A DNA stretch of 64,000 nt from positions 52,985 through 116,984 of the forward strand of contig CAVSWR010000022.1 of the NCBI GenBank assembly GCA_963731685.1, written 5' to 3'. The translations under genes and the position numbers were made by a program. Every line of letters begins with the position of its first letter. Positions within the stretch are counted from its first letter, which is position 1. Under the pieces are notes generated by a model. It saw only the letters and a list, made by a program, of their open reading frames with translations. It was not told the origin of the DNA and searched no databases. Below are positions 19,902 through 29,460 of this stretch, piece after piece. This DNA is from an uncultured Planctomycetia bacterium. Its GTDB lineage: Bacteria > Planctomycetota > Planctomycetia > Pirellulales > S012-138.

Positions 19902-21752
19902 TCACTCCTCAAGCAACTGGTCGATCTTGCGGACCAACTCACCCACGGCGAAGGGTTTACCTTGCACCTTGTTGAGGCCCAGCGCGTCGATCAGGAATTC
20001 AGCGCGGATGACAAACCGCAACTGACCTTTGTTAAGTTCGGGCACGAGCACTTTATCGTAGCGCCCGAGCACTTCTTCCAAGTTGGCGGGGAACGGGTTC
20101 AGGTAGCGCAAATGGGCATGGGCCACGCTTCCGCCACGCGCCAGCACTTCGCCGACGGCGGTCGCGCAGGCGCCGTAGGTGCCGCCCCAACTGAGGACGA
20201 GCAACTTGCCGGATTCGGGACCGACGACCTCTTGCGCGGGGATGGTCGACGCCACGTTGGCGACTTTCCGCGCTCGCAGGTCGATCATGTGCTGGTGATT
20301 CTGGGGATCGTAACTTACGTTGCCGGTGATGTCGGCCTTTTCCAACCCGCCGAGGCGGTGCATCAGGCCGGGCGTGCCAGGCAGGGCCCAGGGCGCGAGA
20401 GATATTCGTCGCGGGCGTAGGGAAGAAACGGGTCGCCGTTGTTCGTCCCTTCCGCTCGCCGCACCTGGATCTTGGGCAGTTCGCTGGCGTGGGGATACTG
20501 CCACGGTTCGGAGCCGTTGGCGATGTAACCGTCGGTGAGCAAAGTGACCGGCGTCATGAACTGGGCGGCGATTCGCCAAGCCTCCATCGCGCAGTCGAAG
20601 CAATCGGCGGGGCTTTTGGCGGCGATGACCGGCATCGGACATTCGCCGTTGCGTCCGAACAGCACTTGCAGCAGGTCGGCCTGCTCGGTCTTGGTGGGCA
20701 GACCCGTGCTGGGCCCGCCGCGCTGCACGTTGACGATGACCATCGGCAACTCGACCATGACGGCCAAGCCCATGGCCTCTCCCTTGAGGGCGATTCCCGG
20801 CCCGCTGGAAGCGGTCACCCCCATGGCGCCGGCGAACGAAGAGCCCAGCGCGGCCGTGACGGCGGCGATTTCATCCTCGGCTTGGAAGGTGCGGACACCG
20901 AAGTTTTTGTGCTTCGACAGTTCGTGCAGGATGTCGCTAGCGGGCGTGATGGGATACGTGCCATAGAACAGATCGCAACCGCTTTGCCGGGCGGCCGCGA
21001 TCAATCCCCAGGCCAAGGCCTGGTTGCCCATGATGTTGCGGTATTTCCCCGGCGGCAGGTTGGCCTTCTCGACGCGAAACTGGCTGGCAAAAGCGTCGGT
21101 CGTTTCGCCGTAGTTGTAACCGGCGACGAGCGATCTGCGGTTGGCTTCAGCCACTTGCGGCAAGCGTCCGAACTTGGCCTCGATGAAGCGCAAGGTCGGC
21201 TCGAGCGGACGATTGTACAACCAGAAGACCAGGCCCATGGCAAAGAAGTTCTTGCAGCGGTCGCTTTCCTTGACGGTGAGCCCCGTGCCTTCGACGGCGT
21301 TGCGCGTCAGGCGGGTCATCTCCACTTCGAAGAGTTGGTAGCCGTCGACGAGGCCGTCTTCGAGCGGATTGCTATCGAGGTTCGCCAGCTTGAGGTCCTT
21401 TTTGTCGAACGACTCGCTGTTGGCGATCAAGATGCCGCCGGGAACCAAATCGGGCAGATTCGTGACCAACGCGGCGGCGTTCATGGCCACCAAGGCGTCG
21501 ACTTCGTCGCCGGGAGTGTGGATATCTTTGCTGGCGAAATGAATCTGGAACCCGCTGACGCCGGCTTTGGTGCCGCGGGGCGCGGATCTCAGCGGGAAAG
21601 TCGGGGAACGTCGCCACATCGTTGCCGACCAGCGCCGAGGTGTTGGTGAGTTGCGCTCCGGCCAGTTGCATGCCGTCGCCAGAGTCGCCACAAAAACGCA
21701 CGGTTGCGGCTTCAACGTCGCGAACCGGCTTCGGGGGGGTAGAGGTCGCCAT
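19902..21752 (-). CDS. korA: 2-oxoglutarate:ferredoxin oxidoreductase, alpha subunit; two frame breaks (~21580, ~20395)
   Basis: Three collinear ORF pieces: [42 protein letters not shown] | [13 protein letters not shown]...[16 protein letters not shown]...[16 protein letters not shown]...ARDEYLSRP | [18 protein letters not shown]...LRYLNPFP.... The break at ~20395 is a C-run deletion (ccc versus the expected cccc). Confidence 0.85.
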
Positions 21753-21790
21753 CGTAAATTCTTGGTGGGAAGAGGCTAACGCGGAATGTA

Positions 21791-21863
21791 AAGCTGCTGG
21801 GTAATACAGCCGCTGTGTAAGGCAGCCGCTGTGTAAGGCAGCCGCTGTGTAAGACAGCCGCTT
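21791..21863. repeat. 16-bp direct tandem repeat (cagccgctgtgtaagg), 3 good copies plus degenerate or partial flanking copies
   Basis: Copies at 21807-21822 and 21823-21838 (identical), 21839-21854 (1 mismatch), a partial copy at 21855-21863, and a degenerate copy at 21791-21806 (11/16). It lies 55-110 nt upstream of the korA ATG on the coding strand. Confidence 0.85.
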
Positions 21864-21995
21864 GGGGTCAATGCGGCAGTGTGAGGGACGCTTCGCCCTA
21901 GGCCGGTGGAGTGCCCCGTCTCAATTGCATTATTCAACTGTGCCATGCCGAGGGCAATCGTTCGCTGGCCGTTTTGGCGCCAGACGCCGCCATGC

Positions 21996-22487
21996 TTAGG
22001 CGCCCTCACGTTCCTGCATCGCGGGGTTGGGGTCGGGAGGAAGGTTGTACACGGTGTGCGGAAAATGCTCCACGAGGTAGCGGACAATCCCAGAGGCCTT
22101 GACAACACTGGCCGGACGCCCGTCGCTATCCACAATCGGCAATCGCCGGTAGCCGCCGCTGGCCATCTTGCGAATGGCGGTCGCCACCGTATCGGAAGCC
22201 ACTACGGTGACAGGATCCGAGATCATGACGTCTTCAATGGGAACATCCAGATCGAGACCCGACGGGACGCTCTGCGCCATGAGCCGCAGCGCGTCTCGCT
22301 CCGTGAAGATGCCGACGAGGGTCCCGTCGCGGCAAATCAAGAGACTGCCCTGCCGGTGTTGCTTCAAAAGCAGCAACGCGTCTCCAAGAGTGGCGCCGGC
22401 TTCGACGCACAGCGGCTCGCCCATCGCGGCCTGTTGGACCGTTTCGGTGGTCAAGTTTAGCTCAAAGTCCACCGCGGGATTCTCCAA
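21996..22487 (-). CDS. CBS-pair domain protein
   Basis: ...EPLCVEAGATLGDALLLLKQHRQGSLLICRDGTLVGIFTERDAL... and ...VMISDPVTVVASDTVATAIRKMASGGYRRLPIVDSDGRPASVV.... The start is uncertain (TTG 22487). Confidence 0.75.
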   Translation of the reverse strand: MENPAVDFELNLTTETVQQAAMGEPLCVEAGATLGDALLLLKQHRQGSLLICRDGTLVGIFTERDALRLMAQSVPSGLDLDVPIEDVMISDPVTVVASDTVATAIRKMASGGYRRLPIVDSDGRPASVVKASGIVRYLVEHFPHTVYNLPPDPNPAMQEREGA

Positions 22488-22953
22488 AGGATTGTGTTAT
22501 GTAAAACTTTAACAACTTGCGAGGCTTTGTTGAACAGGGGTTGCTGGATTTTCTGAAGGAAAGTGAGGATTTTCGGAACTCCCAACCTTCGATTCCCGAT
22601 CTTCGGCGCCAAAACCACCGGTGGCGGAGCGTTTCCAGTCGAAGCGCCGCGAACAACCCTTCGCGCGCAATCACTTGTGTGAGAATGGGGTTTTGAGTTG
22701 TTTGAGGATTTGCGCGGTCGATCCGCACTCTCCAATTATCTCCGATTGCGGAATCGACGGTCGGCGCGAGGTTCACCTGCCAAGGTAGTCTAGCTCAGCA
22801 ATGCCGCCGCAATAGCTCTGGCTTTCTTGGCGACGCGCTCGGGCTTCGCCCCGTGAACAAATCTAGTTGTCAAGGCGCCCCGAGACTGGTACGCTGGTAG
22901 CCGTATGGCTTCCCCTGTTCGCGGGGAAGCCGCGTTTCGCCTTGGCGCCGACG

Positions 22954-24972
22954 ATGCCACCCATCGAGCAACGCATCGACGAATATGAGCTGCGCGGCCT
23001 GTTGGGCCGCGGTGGCATGGGAGAGGTCTATCAGGCTTGGCAGCCGTCGCTCCAGCGGCTGGTGGCCCTGAAGATGTTGCCCGACTGGTTGGCCGAGCAC
23101 CCCGGCGCGCTGGCCCGATTCCAACGCGAGGCGGCGGTCGCCGCGCAGTTGGACCATCCCAACATCGTGCCGATTCACGCTTGCGGACAGTCCGGGCAGC
23201 GCTACTACTACACCATGAAACTCGTGCAAGGCTGCACCCTGTCGTCGCTGATCGCGCGCCAGCGCGAAGCGCGTGACGCGGCGGCCCCCTCGACCAAGTG
23301 CGAGGCCACCGAGCAAGAGGCGACGCCCGTGGTGCGCCCCGCTGACGCGTCTCGCGCGGCGTCTCAGGGCACGGTCGCGTTTCAAGACAATTCGTCTTCG
23401 TCGCAGGCGCCAGCGGACGCCGAAAGCCTGGGCGGCGAAGACACGCGCCCCATCGAGGAAGAATTCGAGCGCCAACGGTATCGCATGGTGGTGCAGATGG
23501 GCGAGAAGCTGGCGCGGGCCTTGGCCTATGCCCACAAGCATGGGCAGCTCCACCGCGACATCAAGCCGTCGAACATCATGATCGACATCCACCGGCAGGT
23601 GTACCTGATCGACTTTGGCTTGACCCGCGCGATCGGCCCGGAAATCAGTGAAGTCTGCTGCGGCACGCCGGGGTACATGAGCCCTGAGCAACTCAACCTG
23701 CAGGAACTGGATAACCGCACCGACATTTACGGACTCGGTGTAACACTCTACGAAGCGTTGGCCTTGCAATCGCCGTTCGCCACCGCGAACCCCGCCGAGT
23801 TGGCGCGGATGATCCGCAAAGGCCAAGCCGTGCCGCTGGCGGACGTGGCGCCGGAGCTTCCGCGCCGCCTGACGCGCTGCATACACCGGGCGATGGCGCC
23901 TCGGGCCGCGCGGCGATTTCCCACCGCCGAGGCGCTGGCGGACGAACTGGCCGCTTGCAGCGAATCGACGGTGATACCTCCCTCGTCGTCCTCCGGCTTG
24001 CCGGCGCCATTGTCGAAGAGACGGTTTTGGCGCCGGCCGGCCGTGCTGGCTTCCGCCGGAGCGCTCGTCGCGGCCATTGTGCTGGCCAGCGTCATCGGGC
24101 TGATGCGCGGCGACAACGCCCCGGCGCCTCCGCGACCCGCGCCAGACGCAACGCCGGCGCATGCGGGCTTGGACGCCAAGCCGCGGCGCGAAGCGCCAGC
24201 CGACGACTGGAGGCAGGCTCGCGTTTTTCGGAATTCGATCGGGATGGAATTTACGAAGATTTCCGTTGGCAAGTTCGTCATGGGTAGCCCAATAGGCGAG
24301 GCAGAGAGCCTCGATGCAGAGCGTCCGCAACGCGATGTCACGATCAGCAAGCCGTTTTTCCTGGGGATATTTGAAGTCACGCAGGGAGAGTACGAGCGCG
24401 TGATGGGGCACAACCCCTCCGCGCACGTCAAACCAGGCGTCGACACCAGCCGCCTGCCGGTCGAGATGGTTTCTTATGACGACGCGGTTGAGTTTTGCAG
24501 GAAGCTTTCGGCCCTGCCAGAGGAAAAGCAAGCGGGCCGGAATTATCGGCTGCCGTATGAAGCGGAATGGGAATTTGCGTGCCGCGCGGGTACGAATACG
24601 CCGTTTCACCACGGTTACAGCCTCTCGTCCGAGCAGGAGAACTTCATGGGGAAACGCCCCTACGGCGGCGCGCCCGAGGGGCCCGCGCGAGGTCAACCGA
24701 CGCCGGTGGGCGAGTTCGCTCCCAATGCGTTCGGGCTTTACGACATGCACGGCAATGTCATGGAATGGTGCGCCGATCGCTATTCCGAATATACGAGCAA
24801 ATCACAGGTCGATCCCATCGGCGCCGACGCCACGAGCACCCGGGTGGTGCGTGGCGGGGGCTTCAGCTTCGCCGCGAAGGAGTGTCGCTCGGCGCGCCGG
24901 CACCCGCGGCAGCCGACGTCCCGCTATCACCATCAAGGGTTTCGTGTCGTGGGCTTCGCTCGCTCTGATTAG
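22954..24972 (+). CDS. membrane Ser/Thr protein kinase with C-terminal FGE-sulfatase (SUMF1-like) domain, copy 1 (intact)
   Basis: GRGGMGEVYQA, VALKML, HRDIKPSN, DFG, GTPGYMSPE. TM helix AVLASAGALVAAIVLASVIGL. FGE-type domain ...FLGIFEVTQGEYERVMG...YRLPYEAEWEFACRAG...GLYDMHGNVMEWCAD...RVVRGGGF. Confidence 0.85.
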   Translation: MPPIEQRIDEYELRGLLGRGGMGEVYQAWQPSLQRLVALKMLPDWLAEHPGALARFQREAAVAAQLDHPNIVPIHACGQSGQRYYYTMKLVQGCTLSSLIARQREARDAAAPSTKCEATEQEATPVVRPADASRAASQGTVAFQDNSSSSQAPADAESLGGEDTRPIEEEFERQRYRMVVQMGEKLARALAYAHKHGQLHRDIKPSNIMIDIHRQVYLIDFGLTRAIGPEISEVCCGTPGYMSPEQLNLQELDNRTDIYGLGVTLYEALALQSPFATANPAELARMIRKGQAVPLADVAPELPRRLTRCIHRAMAPRAARRFPTAEALADELAACSESTVIPPSSSSGLPAPLSKRRFWRRPAVLASAGALVAAIVLASVIGLMRGDNAPAPPRPAPDATPAHAGLDAKPRREAPADDWRQARVFRNSIGMEFTKISVGKFVMGSPIGEAESLDAERPQRDVTISKPFFLGIFEVTQGEYERVMGHNPSAHVKPGVDTSRLPVEMVSYDDAVEFCRKLSALPEEKQAGRNYRLPYEAEWEFACRAGTNTPFHHGYSLSSEQENFMGKRPYGGAPEGPARGQPTPVGEFAPNAFGLYDMHGNVMEWCADRYSEYTSKSQVDPIGADATSTRVVRGGGFSFAAKECRSARRHPRQPTSRYHHQGFRVVGFARSD

Positions 24973-25047
24973 GTAAGAAGGTTTTGGACGTCAACCCGTG
25001 ACGCGTGTTTTCGAAATGTTCCTTTGTGTTTTGGGAGAGCCCGCAAG

Positions 25048-25964
25048 ATGGCGAAGAAGAGCAATGGCGGAAATGGTGATTTGCAACTTATCGCGCCCAA
25101 CGCCAAGACTACGCATCCGGGGCGCACCATTTACGGGGCCTTTACCGGCGTGAGCGCAAGTTTTTCTCAACTGACGTACTCCTTGGTGGGCGAGGTTCCG
25201 TCCAACGTAGTCTTGCTCAGCTCCTCCGCGGGAGTCGTGATGTTCAAACCCACTTGGGAACAAGCTGGCTTGAAAAACCCCAAGGGATACTATTCGGCGG
25301 ATTATGTTATTAGGCTTCAAGTTACAGATGCCGCTGGGCAAACGGACGAAAAAGGCTGGACAGTAACCGTTTCTGACGCAGGACCCACAATCGACGATTT
25401 CGAGGAAACATTCGAGATTCCGCCGCACATCCCGGGCGTCTTTACCAGCTTGGGTTGAACGCCACTGATCCCGACGGTGACGAGTTTCGCTGGGTCAAGG
25501 AGAATGGCGACGGAGATATCGACCCTAAGACCGGACTGTTTAGCTGGACGCCAACTTGGAACGATTTGGGATTGACTAACAATCTCCAGGTCAAGGTTTT
25601 TACGCTCGACCACGCTGAACGCTGCGACACGCGGACCATCCCCATCGATATTGCGCATAGCCCTCCTGGTGGGGTACAAGGCACCCAGAATCCCGAGTTC
25701 CTCGTTCCAGGAAACACCGTGACCGTTCCAATCGAATTGACAAACGACGACAATGACACGCTGTCGCTTAGTGTTGTTGAAGGTCCTGGCGAGGTCACGA
25801 TCCCTGACCCAGAGAACCAACCTAACAATGCACTATTCACTTGGGACGTGCCACAAAACCAACCCAGTGAATCGGTGCCCGTGACCGTGCGCATAACGGT
25901 GGTTGACGACCCTGACCCGAATACGAACCAGTTCGATGTGCCGTTTGCCATCGACGTGAGTTAG
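25048..25964 (+). CDS. cadherin-like / He_PIG-type Ig repeat protein, copy 1; 1-nt T-run deletion at ~25455
   Basis: Starts MAKKSNGG.... Three repeats of the type ...D.(K)TG.FSWTP.W.D.G...V.V.V.D. ORFs 25024..25458 and 25455..25964 join as ...GVFTSLG|LNATDPDGDEFRW, matching copy 2 (...VGLNASDIEGDDLRW). Confidence 0.6.
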
Positions 25965-26107
25965 ACTCAAACAATGTCTGAACAATTGCGTTTTTCTCGC
26001 CTGCTACGGTAAGAAAACTAATTGCCAACTCGCGCCCCGGGGTGCTACCCTACCGGGAGCCTCGGTTTGCCCTATGCGAGGGACGTCCTCTCCCCGCGGT
26101 GCATTTT

Positions 26108-28132
26108 ATGCCACCCATCGAGCAACGCATCGACGAATATGAGCTGCGCGGTCTGTTGGGCCGCGGTGGCATGGGAGAGGTCTATCAGGCTTGGCAGCCG
26201 TCGCTCCAGCGGCTGGTGGCCCTGAAGATGTTGCCCGACTGGTTGGCCGAGCACCCCGTGCGCTGGCCCGATTCCAACGCGAGGCGGCGGTCGCCGCGCA
26301 GTTGGACCATCCCAACATCGTGCCGATTCACGCTTGCGGACAGTCCGGGCAGCGCTACTACTACACCATGAAACTCGTGCAAGGCTGCACCCTGTCGTCG
26401 CTGATCGCGCCAGCGCAAAGCGCGTGACGCGGCGGCCCCCTCGACCAAGTGCGAGGCCACCGAGCAAGAGGCGACGCCCGTGGCGCGCCCCGCTGACGCG
26501 TCTCGCGCGGCGTCTCAGGGCACGGTCGCGTTTCAAGACAATTCGTCTTCGTCGCAGGCGCCAGCGGACGCCGAAAGCCTGGGCGGCGAAGACACGCGCC
26601 CCATCGAGGAAGAATTCGAACGCCAACGGTACCGCATGGTCGTGCAACTGGGCGAGAAGCTAGCGCGGGCCTTGGCCTATGCCCATAAGCATCGGCAACT
26701 TCATCGCGACATCAAGCCGTCGAACATCATGATCGACATCCACCGGCAGGTGTACCTGATCGACTTTGGCTTGACCCGCGCGATCGGCCCGGAAGTCAGC
26801 GAATTCCGTTGCGGCACGCCGCGGTACATGAGCCCTGAGCAACTCAACCTGCAGGAACTGGACAACCGCACCGACATCTACGGACTCGGCGTGACGCTCT
26901 ACGAAGCGTTGGCCTTGCAATCGCCGTTCGCCACCGCGAATCCTGCCGAGTTGGCGCGGATGATCCGCAAAGGGCAAGCCGTGCCGCTGGCGGACGTGGC
27001 GCCGGAGCTTCCGCGCCGCCTGACGCGCTGCATACACCGGGCGATGGCGCCTCGCGCCGCGCGGCGGTTTCCCACCGCGGACGCGCTGGCGGACGAACTG
27101 GCCGCTTGCAGCGAATCGACGGTGATCCCGCCCTCGTCGTCCTCCGGCTTGCCGGCGCCGTTGTTGAAGAGACCCCTTTGGCGCCGGCCGATTGCGCTGG
27201 CTTCCGCCGGAGCGCTCGTCGTGGCTATTGTGCTGGCTAGCATCATCGGCTTGATGCGCGGCGACAACGAACCAGCGCCTCCGCGACCCGCGCCAGAGGC
27301 GCCGCCGGCGAAAGCGGTCTTGAACGCTAAACCAGAAGCGCCGCCGCGCGGCGCCGTAGCCGACGACTGGAGGCGAGCTCGCACTTTTCGTAACTCCATC
27401 GGGATGGAATTCGCGAAGATTCCCGCTGGCAAGTTCACCATGGGCAGCTCGACTCGCGAGCCCGACAGCCTGGAAAACGAACGGCCGCGGCACGATGTCA
27501 TTATCAGCAAGCCGTTTTTCCTGGGGGTCTTCGAAGTCACGCAAGGCGAGTACGAGCGGGTGATGGGGCGCAACCCGTCTTCGCACGTCAAAGCCGGCGT
27601 CGACAGCAGCCGCCTGCCGGTCGAGATGGTTTCTTACGACGACGCGGTCGAGTTTTGCCAGAAGCTTTCGGCGCTGCCGGAGGAGAGGCGGGCGGGCCGT
27701 GTCTATCGGCTGCCGTACGAAGCGGAATGGGAATACGCCTGCCGCGCCGGCACGACGACGGCCTTTCACCACGGCGACAGCCTCTCGTCCGATCAGGAGA
27801 ACTTCATGGGCCGGCGACCTTACGGCGGCGCGGCCGAAGGGCCCGTCCGAGGGCAACCAACACCGGTGGGCGAGTTCGCTCCCAACGCCTTCGGGCTGCA
27901 CGACATGCACGGCAACGTCATGGAATGGTGCGCGGACCCATATTCAGAATACAGTTCCAAACCTCAAGTCGACCCCCGAGGCACGGACGTCTCGTCGTCG
28001 CGCGTGGTGCGCGGCGGCGGCTATGGATATGCCGGGATGGAATGCCGCTCGGCCCGCCGCAATCCCCGTCACCCCACGGCGCGTCACTACAGTTTGGGGT
28101 TTCGCGTGGCGTGCGACGCGCCGGCCGAGTAG
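26108..28132 (+). pseudogene. Ser/Thr kinase-FGE domain gene, copy 2, disrupted by two compensating indels with an internal stop
   Basis: Near-identical to copy 1 from the ATG. Relative to copy 1 there is a -1 change at ~26258 (ccccggcgcgctgg becomes ccccgtgcgctgg) and a -2 change at ~26410 (gcgcgccagcgcg becomes gcgccagcgca). The segment between them (kinase subdomains III-V) is out of frame and meets a stop at 26372. Also GTPGYMSPE is changed to GTPRYMSPE. Confidence 0.65.
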
Positions 28133-28338
28133 TCCCCTGGCATGGCCGCCAAACGCTGGTTGCGTGGCGCCTCCGTTGGCGCTCCGCTCCGTTCGTTTCA
28201 ATTCGATCGGTTGCTTGACCTGGCGAAGCCGAATGACGGCGCCGTGTCGGATTGTTCGGGCAACGAGCGTGTGTCTCGTTTGTGGCGCATGGCGCCGGTT
28301 CTAGAAGTTCCGCTTTATGTCTTGGGAGGATTGGTGAA

Positions 28339-29388
28339 ATGGCGAAAAAGAGCGATAAGTCCGACGGCAAAAAAAAGGTGAACAAGCAGGGCAAGAAGGC
28401 CGTCAACGGCAAAAAGGGAAGCTCCGCAGCCGGCGCCACAGTTGAGGCCAGGGCCGCCTTCAAGAAGTCGGAGCGTATGGAAAGTGTCGTCAAGAGTCCT
28501 TCCAAGCAAGTCGCCAACGTCGTGGGCGACCCGCCTACGATCGATCCGCCCGCCTTGCGGATCACACATCCCGGGCGCACCGAATATGGCGCATTCACCG
28601 GCTTTAGTCCCTGTTATTCACCGCTGACCTTTAGCTTGAAATCGGCGCCTGCCAACGTCACGCTCGACTCCGCCACCGGTGCGGTTACGTTCGAGCCGTC
28701 TTGGAGCCAGGTCAATAGTGCGGGGGAATCGCACGAGATCACCGTCGAAGTCTCCGACGGGCAGGGAACCGCCGAGGCGACGTGGCTCGTGCAGGTGTTG
28801 GACGAGTATCCCTGCATCGACCCGTTGCTTGGAGGCGCGAGCGCGCATCCCAACCGACTTTGCCAGGTAGGGCTCAACGCCTCGGATATTGAAGGCGATG
28901 ATCTGCGCTGGAGGATCGTACCCAATAGTGGCAGTCTCGGATCGATCGATCCGGTAACCGGCGTTTATCGCTGGACCCCAGGTTGGGGCGACGTCGGGCA
29001 ATGCTACAACGTCCAAGTGGAAGTTTACGAACAAAGCCGCTCCAGCGCCAAAGCCGTCTGCGGGTTCTCGGTCGACGTGGTCAACAACTTGCCCACCGCG
29101 GCCAACGACGTCCAGAACCCCAACCCCGCGGTTCCCGGGCACACCGTCACCTGCAAGGTTACCGCCGTGGACGACGAGAACGACGCCTTGGAGTTTAGCG
29201 TTACCAACGGCCCGGGAAGCATCAGCGTGTTGGACCCCAGCAAGCCGTTCGAGGCGACCTACCAATGGAACGTGCCCGCGGGCCAACCGAGCGGCCTGGT
29301 TGACGTGACGGTTCGGGTGGCCGAACAGAATAATCCGGAGAAAGCCACCCTTTATTGTGAAATCTCATTCAACATCTCGGTTCAATAA
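28339..29388 (+). CDS. cadherin-like / He_PIG-type Ig repeat protein, copy 2 (intact), Lys-rich N-terminus
   Basis: GGGAGGA lies 8 nt before ATG 28339. Starts MAKKSDKSDGKKKVNKQGKKAVNGKKG.... Repeats include ...DSATGAVTFEPSWSQV...ITVEVSDG, ...DPVTGVYRWTPGWGDVGQCYNVQVEV, ...FEATYQWNVPAGQPSGLVDVTVRV. No signal peptide is seen. Confidence 0.65.
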   Translation: MAKKSDKSDGKKKVNKQGKKAVNGKKGSSAAGATVEARAAFKKSERMESVVKSPSKQVANVVGDPPTIDPPALRITHPGRTEYGAFTGFSPCYSPLTFSLKSAPANVTLDSATGAVTFEPSWSQVNSAGESHEITVEVSDGQGTAEATWLVQVLDEYPCIDPLLGGASAHPNRLCQVGLNASDIEGDDLRWRIVPNSGSLGSIDPVTGVYRWTPGWGDVGQCYNVQVEVYEQSRSSAKAVCGFSVDVVNNLPTAANDVQNPNPAVPGHTVTCKVTAVDDENDALEFSVTNGPGSISVLDPSKPFEATYQWNVPAGQPSGLVDVTVRVAEQNNPEKATLYCEISFNISVQ

Positions 29389-29435
29389 GACCCGATCGGG
29401 TTCACCGGGTTGGCCGACCCCGCACACCCGATCCG

Positions 29436-29460
29436 GCGAAAAATTCTAGAAGAATTTTCG
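29436..29460. repeat. AT-rich imperfect palindrome (cgaaaaattctagaagaattttcg) with perfect core TTCTAGAA
   Basis: Read directly. It lies 48 nt after the stop of the cadherin-like copy 2 gene, in an otherwise GC-rich spacer. Confidence 0.6.

Noticed and set aside
19902-21752. korA (and sthA, phnX, the ADH, the FAD oxidoreductase, the GNAT and others) as true pseudogenes.
   Set aside because: The breaks are single-base homopolymer length changes and affect presumably essential genes at a rate of about one per 2 kb. Sequencing or assembly error is the simpler explanation. Only the PIN nonsense codon and the kinase copy 2 indels look different in kind.
21791-21863. CRISPR-like array.
   Set aside because: The repeats are directly abutting 16-mers with no spacers, and no cas genes are present in the window.
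22784-22860. tRNA-like start (ggtagtctagctcagc, resembling an acceptor/D-arm).
   Set aside because: There is no complementary D-stem, no anticodon or T-arm (GTTCRANNC), and no acceptor pairing downstream. It cannot be folded into a cloverleaf.
29436-29460. Heat-shock-element-like GAAnnTTC array.
   Set aside because: The HSE is a eukaryotic HSF site. The resemblance is a by-product of the palindrome. I report it only as an unexplained palindrome.
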